From: a virus
Lineage: Duplodnaviria; Heunggongvirae; Uroviricota; Caudoviricetes
IMG/VR virus record: IMGVR_UViG_3300035208_002853
Location: 88,033 to 145,414 of that record
Length of the DNA stretch: 57,382 nucleotides
Direction: 5' to 3' (one strand)
Shown here: positions 46,579 through 54,891 of the stretch, in pieces
Position numbering within the stretch: the stretch's first letter is position 1
How the letters are laid out: each line of letters begins with the position of its first letter
Program-made: the position numbers and the translations under genes
The notes under the pieces: generated by a model
The model's input: the letters and a program-made list of their open reading frames with translations, nothing else
Told to the model about the DNA's origin: nothing
Databases searched by the model: none

Positions 46579-47445
46579 ATGGCCCGACAGAAAATGAGTG
46601 ACGAGGAGAGAAAAGAAAAGAAAAGGGAATCTAGCGCTAGATATAGATTAAAAAATAAAGAAAAAAGTAAAGAATATCAGCTGAAAAACAAAGATAGGTT
46701 AAAAGAACAAAAAGCAAAATATCAAAAAGAAAACAAAGCTAAAATTAAAGAATATGATGCTGAATATTATAAAAAAAATAAAATTAAAATTAACGAGCAA
46801 TCTATGATATATTATAAAGAAAACAAAGATAAAATTAAAGAACACAGTGCCAAATATTATACAAAAAATAAAGAAACATTTCTTACAAGAAATGAGTCGC
46901 ACCGTAAAGATTTAAAATATAATATGTTTAATATTTTAGGTAAGAGATGTATGATTTGCGGAGAGGATAGAGGAAAATATTTAACTTTTGACCATGTTCA
47001 TAATGACGGTGGGATTAAGCGCAAAAAATTCGGACATGATTTCGGGGAATTACGAGATTTTAAAAACAGAAATTGGCCCGCTGAAGAAATTAAATTAAAT
47101 TTTCAGGTTTTGTGTTGGAATCATAATCTCGGTAAATGTCGAGAGTATTTAAATGAAAATCCGTTAGATTTAGATGTACCGCGTCGTTACCGACAAAAAC
47201 TCTGGAGACAGGCTTTTGATTTCTTTGGCCCCTGCAAAGAATGCGGGGAAACAAATCTTCAGTTTTTAACAATTGATCACATTCATAACGACGGCGCAGA
47301 GCGGAGACGAAATGGTGAAAAAGATTCCTCCTCACTCTTAGCGCAGTTCCGCAAACAAGGTTGGCCCGAATCTCTGAAGGAAGATTATCAGATCCTCTGT
47401 TTTAATCATAACTGCGCCAAAAATTTAAAGGGAGAAGAATCATGA
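46579..47445 (+). CDS. Free-standing tandem-HNH-like endonuclease, paralogue of 22680-23570
   Basis: LTFDHVHNDG..VLCWNHN; AFDFFGPC...NDGAERRR.GE...GWPESLKE shared with the paralogue; own promoter 46526-46540. Confidence 0.85.
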   Translation: MARQKMSDEERKEKKRESSARYRLKNKEKSKEYQLKNKDRLKEQKAKYQKENKAKIKEYDAEYYKKNKIKINEQSMIYYKENKDKIKEHSAKYYTKNKETFLTRNESHRKDLKYNMFNILGKRCMICGEDRGKYLTFDHVHNDGGIKRKKFGHDFGELRDFKNRNWPAEEIKLNFQVLCWNHNLGKCREYLNENPLDLDVPRRYRQKLWRQAFDFFGPCKECGETNLQFLTIDHIHNDGAERRRNGEKDSSSLLAQFRKQGWPESLKEDYQILCFNHNCAKNLKGEES

Positions 47446-47798
47446 CTCAAGAAGAAGCACAAAAAGAAATTAAAGTTGTGACATTACAGGATGGGACCAC
47501 CATTAACCAATGGTGTATGTCTCAATTCGATAACCTTACGCTTAACCAAGAGGTCCTTTGGGACATCCTAAACGTGTTCACTAATCTTATTCATTTTAAT
47601 CTTACTAGAAATGGAGAGGGTCTTATTACGGATGTAATTCTGGTCCTTCCAAAAATAACAGAAGAAGTTACGAGTTTCGCATTGAAGAACTTTATGGAAC
47701 ATCAAAAATTAAGGGAGGATTCTATTTCGGAAGAAGCGGTTATGGAATTACGAAGATTAAAGCTACAAAAGCATATTAAAGAGATGATTAATCAATGA
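47442..47798 (+). CDS. Hypothetical protein
   Basis: ATGA-coupled ORF. Confidence 0.55.
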   Translation: MTQEEAQKEIKVVTLQDGTTINQWCMSQFDNLTLNQEVLWDILNVFTNLIHFNLTRNGEGLITDVILVLPKITEEVTSFALKNFMEHQKLREDSISEEAVMELRRLKLQKHIKEMINQ

Positions 47799-48925
47799 CC
47801 AACACTTTTTATTTAAATTCTCTAGAATTAAGTCCTGTTAATGATATATATATAACGGACGCAGTTCAATTCGACCCTTCTTCTAGTTTTGAGACGAATT
47901 CCTATTGGCACGGGACAAAGGTTACGGTTCTAGATATTCAACCGAAATCTACAAAAATAACATTGAAGGGTAATTGTACTACCGAAACAGCGTTAAGGTT
48001 GCTTGCTCATTATCATATCACTAATTATAATTGGAACGATGACACTGAAAGTGTTTATTTAATTAAAGATCTCTCGGTACGCTGGAAAATTAAATCTTTC
48101 GATTTTAGTTACGAACATTCTCACCCAGGAATGCCCTATCCTTTTCTTATAAATATTACTCTAAACGAGATTGGGGCTGAAGGATATGTTCAAACCGCTA
48201 AAACAGGGTCCACTAATTCTTCGCCAGTCGCAGTAACTTCAATTTTAAACACGGGAGATCAGATTACTCTTTATGATCTCATAAAAATAACTGGAGGTTA
48301 TTATTCCGGGTCAAATCTCATGGGTTCTAATGTCAGTCAATACACTATTGGGTATGATTTAAATGTTGCCGATGTACTTTTAGATACAGCGTATTTTGAG
48401 TTTTATAATGATTATACGGCCAAGCATACTTACATTGATTCTTTTGCTACGTCAGACGGATTTACGAGGAATAAGGAGAGTTCGACTAATGTCACTTTTA
48501 GTACAAATCACCTTGTTATCGCGAATAGTGGGTCTTTGAAATATAGATTCCGACTAACTCATCCACTCCTTCAAGACCCTGTTTTAACTTTAACAACTGC
48601 TACGGTTATCGGAAATCCTGTCTTGGAGGTTTCTTCGGACAATACCAATTGGTGGGAGTGTGAAAAATCCATAACCGCCGGAAGCCAGATTGATTATAAT
48701 CTTACAAAGCTTGCCGGATATAGTGATTTTTATTTTAGAATAACTGCGGGAGCATCAGATTCCCTTAATCTATATTATATGAAATTGATTTCTTGGCACA
48801 ACTATAGTGGGCAAAAACCCATTCCTTATTTGAGATCGGCAAGTACTGCGGAAAGATTAGATCTTTCGTTTACTGCTGGGTCGTTAACGTATGATATAAG
48901 ATATAGGGATAAATGGAGTGTTTAA
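47795..48925 (+). CDS. Distal tail/baseplate protein (putative)
   Basis: Beta-rich with S/T; ITLKG..., YDIRYRDKW end typical of Dit-like proteins; synteny. Confidence 0.55.
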   Translation: MTNTFYLNSLELSPVNDIYITDAVQFDPSSSFETNSYWHGTKVTVLDIQPKSTKITLKGNCTTETALRLLAHYHITNYNWNDDTESVYLIKDLSVRWKIKSFDFSYEHSHPGMPYPFLINITLNEIGAEGYVQTAKTGSTNSSPVAVTSILNTGDQITLYDLIKITGGYYSGSNLMGSNVSQYTIGYDLNVADVLLDTAYFEFYNDYTAKHTYIDSFATSDGFTRNKESSTNVTFSTNHLVIANSGSLKYRFRLTHPLLQDPVLTLTTATVIGNPVLEVSSDNTNWWECEKSITAGSQIDYNLTKLAGYSDFYFRITAGASDSLNLYYMKLISWHNYSGQKPIPYLRSASTAERLDLSFTAGSLTYDIRYRDKWSV

Positions 48926-48934
48926 AGAAAAATT

Positions 48935-48959
48935 TTTATATAATTCATATTTTTAAAAT
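48935..48959 (+). promoter_or_regulatory. Conserved late-module motif, copy 6
   Basis: TTTATATAATTCATATTTTTAAAAT. Confidence 0.6.
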
Positions 48960-49009
48960 ATGCCATAATCTTTTGAGAATCGACTAGTACGATTTGTTGG
49001 TGATCTTTT

Positions 49010-49747
49010 ATGCCTATTGCATCTACTGATATAAAACTTTATAAATCTAAATCTACGGCTGCTGCCGATGGAGAGTCGGGAGGGAATGGACTTGGAAAAT
49101 ATAGATCTTCCGATGAGATTGTTACCGATGTGGACGAAAACCTTTTTGACAATGTTTCTGCTGCGGAATCAGAAATAGGGGATACGGAATATCGAGCTTT
49201 TTTTGTCAAAAACACTCACGCAACATTATCTTTTACTGATGCAAAAGTCTATATTTCTCCCACGGGGACTTTACCGATGTCTTTATTGACAACCCAACTG
49301 GAGAATGGAGGATCTGAGACTACGGTTGACGTAGTAAGTGGTACAGACTTCCCAACGTCTGGAGCATTTTTTGTTGAGGATGAAGAAATAACATATACGG
49401 GAAAAACGGGGAATCAATTTACTGGATGTACTAGGGCGCAAAACGGGACTTCTGCTGTTCTTCATACAACTGCAAAAAGAGTTGAGCATAATCAAATAAG
49501 AATGTATGTTGCGGAGCCGACGAGTAAAACCACTGGCTATCTAGAAACAATTGCCGATGAAAGTACGGAGCCCGCGACACCAGGGACATGGGCTGCGCCT
49601 TATACTTTTGCGACTGGGTTATCGATTGGAACCCTTGCTCCTAGTGAATTTTATGGGGTTTGGGTTCGAAGAAAAATTCCCGTGGGATGTAAAGCAAAAA
49701 CAGGTATTTCATATGTTTTTGCTAGAAAAGGTGAGACTGCGGAGTAA
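49010..49747 (+). CDS. Tail-associated structural protein
   Basis: DIKLY...NLFDNVS..E..GDTEYRAFFVKN family with an inserted ITYTGKT.N.FTGCTR domain. Confidence 0.65.
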   Translation: MPIASTDIKLYKSKSTAAADGESGGNGLGKYRSSDEIVTDVDENLFDNVSAAESEIGDTEYRAFFVKNTHATLSFTDAKVYISPTGTLPMSLLTTQLENGGSETTVDVVSGTDFPTSGAFFVEDEEITYTGKTGNQFTGCTRAQNGTSAVLHTTAKRVEHNQIRMYVAEPTSKTTGYLETIADESTEPATPGTWAAPYTFATGLSIGTLAPSEFYGVWVRRKIPVGCKAKTGISYVFARKGETAE

Positions 49748-49749
49748 AT

Positions 49750-51036
49750 ATGACAAAAAATTGGTCTCGCTTTCCTCTTGCGGAACCGACGGGAGAGGAT
49801 CTAGCAAACTTCTCTGTTTATAGGTTATACGAGAAATCCGCCATTGCGGGATACGGTGTTTTGAGTGGATGTGAAGTTACCAGAACTAGTTCAACTGCGG
49901 TAACTGCGGCCAGCGGAACATTTACAATTAGTGGAGTTTCCGCGACGTTCGCAGGGGCGAGTTTAACTGGTATAGCTGCTGCGGCAGCTACAAAACATCG
50001 TTACGATCTGGTTTATATTGATGGAACAGACTCAACTTTAAAGATAGAGTCCGGCGTTGAAGAAGTCCCTGATAATGCTATCGATTTCCTAGAAAATTAT
50101 TCCCCCCGCCCCGCAGAACCTACCGATACAGACTGGATTGTGCTTGCGATAATTCGCGTAACCGAGGATGGAATCACAGAATCTGATTTTGGAACTATTG
50201 AATATGCTACGGATTGCGTTGCAGATATGCGCTTATCGCCAGCTTTTGCGGTAGATGACGTAACTCTTCAGGTTATTAATGGTGTCGCATCCGTAAAAGC
50301 GATGGCTGGACACGCTTCCAACCACGCATCAGCCGGAAGCGATCCGATTAAGTTGGATGATTTAGCTGCTCCCGAAAACAATACCGATCTTAATGTTTCC
50401 GCCTTGGCACACGGTCTTTGTCCGATGTATCCTAATAATACTACAACTTTCTTCCGAGGGGATGGAACTTATGCGGTTCCGGGGAGCGACAGCACAAAAA
50501 TCAATCACTCGTTAGCTACGGCTACATCTGATTTTTTAGTAGGTAATACCGGGGGAGGGACGTTTGTAAAAAAGACATTGGCCGAGACCAAAACTGTGCT
50601 CGGTTTAGGTTCCGCAGCTTATACCGCATCAGGAGATTATGCTACCGCGGCCAAAGGGGTTACTAACGGAGATTCTCACAATCATGTTGGGGGAGATGGA
50701 GCCGTCTTAAATGTTGCTGTCTGGGGTCCATATAGGATAACTCACGACGGCGGAGCGACTCAAGCGATTGTAACAACTCCTGCACTTTGCGAAATTGATG
50801 AAATTGTTGTAAAATGTCAGGAAGGGTCCACTACTGCAACGATACTTTTGGGGTGGGCTGGGGACACAGACGGCTTAATGACTAATGCAGAGGCTCCTAA
50901 AACGTTGAATTTATCCAAATTTATAAGATTTCCTACTTCTGAATTCACTTCGGCAACAGCGCTAATTGCTACAGTTGGCGGAGCGGATACTGTAGGAGAA
51001 TGGGATGTTTGGTTAAAAATTTCGAGGTATACATGA
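49750..51036 (+). CDS. Tail fibre/baseplate protein (putative)
   Basis: GVLSGCEV..., RYDLVYID, HASNHASAGSDPI and TTFFRGDGT fibre motifs. Confidence 0.65.
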   Translation: MTKNWSRFPLAEPTGEDLANFSVYRLYEKSAIAGYGVLSGCEVTRTSSTAVTAASGTFTISGVSATFAGASLTGIAAAAATKHRYDLVYIDGTDSTLKIESGVEEVPDNAIDFLENYSPRPAEPTDTDWIVLAIIRVTEDGITESDFGTIEYATDCVADMRLSPAFAVDDVTLQVINGVASVKAMAGHASNHASAGSDPIKLDDLAAPENNTDLNVSALAHGLCPMYPNNTTTFFRGDGTYAVPGSDSTKINHSLATATSDFLVGNTGGGTFVKKTLAETKTVLGLGSAAYTASGDYATAAKGVTNGDSHNHVGGDGAVLNVAVWGPYRITHDGGATQAIVTTPALCEIDEIVVKCQEGSTTATILLGWAGDTDGLMTNAEAPKTLNLSKFIRFPTSEFTSATALIATVGGADTVGEWDVWLKISRYT

Positions 51037-52763
51037 AACTTATTAATATTGTATTGATAGTGTCTATATTGATGTTTGTTGCGGGAGTTGGTCTTGCAGC
51101 AGATACTGGCGGGTTTACCGTGCGAAGCGGGCAGAATATCACTATGCAAGGCGGGAAGGTTCTTAACTCCCCCAATGGCACTGCTTCAACTGATCTCATG
51201 ACTGTTCGACAGGGATGGGATAAGTTAAACAAGACCGATCCTATTTTGGGTCGTGTCACCCCACAAGAGTTCGGTGCTACAGTAAATGATGGGATTGACG
51301 ATACTCAATATATTCAAAACGCATTGAATGCGTCGCGTTATGTATATTTTCCCGCAGGTGAATATACCCAAGACCCAAGTCTGAAATTCTGGGGCGAAAC
51401 AGTTGGCGGGTTAGTATTACAAGATGATTCAATTGTGGAATTTTCGCCTGATGCGATAATTAAAAACAAGGCCCACCATGAAACACATTACTACATGTTG
51501 CAGTCCATTAATAGGCACAACATCACCATAATCAATGCAAACCTGGATGGAAACCGCTCCGGAAATACCGAAACCACCGGCGAGTGGGGTTATGGAATCA
51601 TAATCGCCGCCAGTGAAAACGTCAACGTACAAGGCGGTTCGTTTAGAAATATGTGGGGTGACGGCATAAGCGTCACTGGATGGTCGCCGTATACAACTCA
51701 CAACCAAAACATCGTAGTAGAAAATGTGTTGTGTGACTTCAATCGCCGGGGGGGATTGTCCATTGAAGACGCTATTGGATTGTATGTATCGGGAAAATTC
51801 ATTAATGCCAATGGCACTTCGCCAGATTTTGGAATAGACATCGAGCCATACAATAATCTAGTACATGCTGAAGGAATTGTATTAGATAATGTCCAAACAT
51901 CAAATAATTCGCGCGGAATTATTGTTTGTCCTTATTATATGGGCACAAATCCTATCGATGTAAAAATTCTTAATTCATATGATGCGGATTCATATAAGTC
52001 CATTTCCACCGCCATAGCATCAGGACTGTTTTTTGGTCCGGCAAGTGCTACCAGCAATGGCAGAATCGTTGTGGAGAATCCGACTATTGTTGATTCCGAT
52101 GAAGCCGGAATTGTAATTAGTGGTTGGAGTTATTCAGGTCCAAATATTGATATTATTAATCCGAGTATTATCCGTCCTAATCGACTCAATGTGTCAACTT
52201 ATCAAGGATCTGCCGTGTTGTGGAACCAATTATGGGGAATCATGCCGGGCGCTAATGTGAATATTTATCGCCCATATATAGCGTCTAATGATAGCATACT
52301 TCCTTCATATTTATTCTATTACGCCGAATCGTATGGTGCGAGCCCAGTTATAGATACTCCCGTGAAGTTATGCGATACTAAAAATACGCCCAACAAAAAC
52401 TATATGATGCGTGGAACTATTATAGATCCATTGCATTTAGATTCTGCGATACTTCCCGCACATACAACGGTATTGACTGAGGCCAATTATCACCGATATT
52501 ACAACAACAGCGGCCTTGGTGATGGTGCTTGGATCGGTCTAAATGGTTTTTCAGCCGGTCAAACCATGACGTTTACAACAGTGAACAACGCCGAACTAAA
52601 ACTGTATCCAGAAGGCGACACATGCATACTCCCGCTATCGTCCAACATTTCATATGGCCTACGATCTTCCGGGGTCAGTGGAGAGAGCGTCACGCTCAGA
52701 AAAACAAATGATATTTCCTGGCAGATAACCGAGATTATAGGAACGTGGACATCAGAAGCTTAA
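51033..52763 (+). CDS. Pectate-lyase-like right-handed beta-helix protein (glycan depolymerase/adhesin) with a signal peptide
   Basis: PQEFGA..DG.DDT..IQNAL...VYFPAGEY; repeated beta-helix rungs; N-terminal MKLINIVLIVSILMFVAGVGLA (ORF track 51000). Confidence 0.8.
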   Translation: MKLINIVLIVSILMFVAGVGLAADTGGFTVRSGQNITMQGGKVLNSPNGTASTDLMTVRQGWDKLNKTDPILGRVTPQEFGATVNDGIDDTQYIQNALNASRYVYFPAGEYTQDPSLKFWGETVGGLVLQDDSIVEFSPDAIIKNKAHHETHYYMLQSINRHNITIINANLDGNRSGNTETTGEWGYGIIIAASENVNVQGGSFRNMWGDGISVTGWSPYTTHNQNIVVENVLCDFNRRGGLSIEDAIGLYVSGKFINANGTSPDFGIDIEPYNNLVHAEGIVLDNVQTSNNSRGIIVCPYYMGTNPIDVKILNSYDADSYKSISTAIASGLFFGPASATSNGRIVVENPTIVDSDEAGIVISGWSYSGPNIDIINPSIIRPNRLNVSTYQGSAVLWNQLWGIMPGANVNIYRPYIASNDSILPSYLFYYAESYGASPVIDTPVKLCDTKNTPNKNYMMRGTIIDPLHLDSAILPAHTTVLTEANYHRYYNNSGLGDGAWIGLNGFSAGQTMTFTTVNNAELKLYPEGDTCILPLSSNISYGLRSSGVSGESVTLRKTNDISWQITEIIGTWTSEA

Positions 52764-52872
52764 TTGTTGACCATGTATATCCTGCCTCTCCTCGCCTTCG
52801 CGTGAGACCAGCCGCCTCTTTTTTTTTTCGGACTGCTTATCACGCGCGTAGCTGTAGGCATCGCGGCATTAA

Positions 52873-53108
52873 TTTGTTTTGTCTCACCACTCATCTTCGT
52901 GGGGAGAAGCGGACACAATCGTCTCCTTCTGGACCTACGAAATGGGAGTAGATAACGGGATTGAACGAGCCAGATTCGGTAAAACCGGAATTAGGGTAGT
53001 TGGCATCCCTCACTATGACAACAATACAGCGGCTCATACCGGGGGCTGGTAGACGGCGATTTTTACCGTACTGGCGCAGATCCTGACGTATTGTGCGTGG
53101 TGCATTAA
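52873..53108 (+). pseudogene. Frameshifted relic of a fibre-type C-terminal domain
   Basis: ...ERARFGKTG..GIPHYDNNTAAHTGG / LVDGDFYRTGADPDVLCVVH; the two halves join if the G5 run at 53041-53045 were G6. Confidence 0.6.
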
Positions 53109-53118
53109 ACTTGGAGCA

Positions 53119-53160
53119 CCCGGCCCGCGCAAACCTCTTCGTGTGGCCGGGTTACTTTCG
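53119..53160 (+). terminator. GC hairpin (CCCGGCC...GGCCGGG) followed by T-rich sequence
   Basis: 7-bp inverted repeat after the relic ORF. Confidence 0.4.
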
Positions 53161-53244
53161 TGATGCTCTTTACCTTTTTAATATGAACGTAGTCCGAGTT
53201 ATCTTGATCGCGCTAGATTAAAACCCGTAAGTCGATTGAGATAT

Positions 53245-53269
53245 TTTATTTAATTCATTTTTTTAAAAT
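53245..53269 (+). promoter_or_regulatory. Conserved late-module motif, copy 7
   Basis: TTTATTTAATTCATTTTTTTAAAAT. Confidence 0.6.
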
Positions 53270-53328
53270 ACCCTTTAATTCTTTTCTTCTCAATTCGTTA
53301 TCAATATCCAATTAATTGGTGCATATTA

Positions 53329-54411
53329 ATGAGAAAATCCATAATTACTATTCTGGGCGTCATGTTAATGGCGCTATTTATTGGAACGGCTTTTGCAGAT
53401 CCGTGGGAAACGTATAGAAATACAGCATATTCTAGATCTGATGTAGTGATCGGTCCTACGTTTGATTTTACTACATCTGCTACAGGAACAACAACTTTTA
53501 CCAATGGAGCCACTATTCCGACGGGAGAGGTGCTTACCGGTGACGTTACTGGAACGGCTTCTAGAATCGCAGTCGGAACGTTTATTGATACGGCATACGG
53601 CTTAAAGAATTCTACCGCCAATAAGGCTCAGGTAAATCTATCTGCTAATATGGGCCTAAGATTGGGGACGGGGGCAACCGCTGGATCAATAGAGATTTAT
53701 CCCGGACACGGCATAGATGTTGGTGCTTCTGGAGTAGAGGTTGATCCAGATGATTTCAGAGATCCATTGTCTGGACTTGTCGAGACCACAAGCAACCACC
53801 TGGGAGTAAACCTTACTGCCAACAAAGGTCTTGAATTTGGAACTGGAGCTGCATCGGGATCTTTACAGATTAATCTTGATGGCACCAGTCTCGCGCTGGG
53901 CGTAGGCGGAATATCTGTAAATCCTGCACAGGAACTAACCTCTTTGCAAGTATCCGGACCAACATATCTGAATGGTACCACAATCGGGAGCGGTGACGCG
54001 CTCGATATCACATCTGTGGATAAGTTGAAAGTCGCGACTGTTATTGTCCCAGTTTACGAAACTATTACCTTCCCTATAACTAATCAGTCTGTTGATGAAT
54101 ATGCGTTTATCGCAGATGATGCTTGGTGGCTTGTGAAAGCTGAGGAGATTCATAGCGTGGCAGGGACTGCCGTGGCTCCAACCGCCGCTAACCTGACTGT
54201 CAGAATATGCGATGATAACGAGGCTCCGAGCGCTGGAATAAATTCCACAACTGCTGTAATACCGCTGAACGACGCCGTAAACAATATCAACACCGCGAGC
54301 TTGAATAACACAAACTGCCTGCTCGCTGATGGCGACATGATCGCGCTTGATTACGCAGGTGATCTAGCGGCAGTTCGCGGAAGTGTTACCTTAACTTTAC
54401 GGAGAATGTAA
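53329..54411 (+). CDS. Signal-peptide-bearing fibre-like protein
   Basis: MRKSIITILGVMLMALFIGTAFA signal; VNL.AN.GL..GTGA..GS..I shaft-like repeats; C-terminal beta-sandwich. Confidence 0.65.
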   Translation: MRKSIITILGVMLMALFIGTAFADPWETYRNTAYSRSDVVIGPTFDFTTSATGTTTFTNGATIPTGEVLTGDVTGTASRIAVGTFIDTAYGLKNSTANKAQVNLSANMGLRLGTGATAGSIEIYPGHGIDVGASGVEVDPDDFRDPLSGLVETTSNHLGVNLTANKGLEFGTGAASGSLQINLDGTSLALGVGGISVNPAQELTSLQVSGPTYLNGTTIGSGDALDITSVDKLKVATVIVPVYETITFPITNQSVDEYAFIADDAWWLVKAEEIHSVAGTAVAPTAANLTVRICDDNEAPSAGINSTTAVIPLNDAVNNINTASLNNTNCLLADGDMIALDYAGDLAAVRGSVTLTLRRM

Positions 54412-54440
54412 AGTCGTTATATTTTTTTTGAGGATTATCT

Positions 54441-54599
54441 ATGAAATTTAAATGGACTGGACCCGAAAATTGGTTCGTTGGAGACGCCGGAGGCGAGGGT
54501 ATTCGGATGAGTACTATCGCTAATGGTTATGAGTGTTCTGAGTTTGGTGGAAAAATTAAGAATTGGCTGGCGCGTGGTTGGATTGAGGTGGTGAAGTAA
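54441..54599 (+). CDS. 52-aa hypothetical protein (MKFKWTGPENWFVGD...)
   Basis: Manual translation; GAGGA SD; TAA-ATG coupling. Confidence 0.55.
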   Translation: MKFKWTGPENWFVGDAGGEGIRMSTIANGYECSEFGGKIKNWLARGWIEVVK

Positions 54600-54872
54600 A
54601 TGCCAGATCTTCCAGAGTGTCAAACGTGTGAGTTTAACAAAACTCTTGGACAAAGCCAGCGCGGTATGCTGTTGGTGATAGGTTCTGTTATATTATTTCT
54701 GATGTGGACTGTTCAGACTTGGTTGTCTGCTGCGTATGATATGGCAACCGACAACACGATTCCTTTGATATTTGGGGCGGCTGTTGCCGGTGGTTACGCA
54801 TTTTATTTCTATAGCAAGTCGCAGACAGATAAAGTTAATCTTAATGCCAAAATTGAGTCTGCGAAAGTATGA
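54600..54872 (+). CDS. Two-TM membrane protein (holin-like)
   Basis: Two hydrophobic spans and a charged C-terminus; GAGGTGG SD. Confidence 0.5.
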   Translation: MPDLPECQTCEFNKTLGQSQRGMLLVIGSVILFLMWTVQTWLSAAYDMATDNTIPLIFGAAVAGGYAFYFYSKSQTDKVNLNAKIESAKV

Positions 54873-54891
54873 TCGGATGGTGATTCTTTAA

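Noticed and set aside
52765-53240. GC-rich gap as a structured ncRNA (SRP, RNase P, group I/II intron)
   Set aside because: No diagnostic conserved motifs; most of it is better explained as a frameshifted coding relic plus terminators
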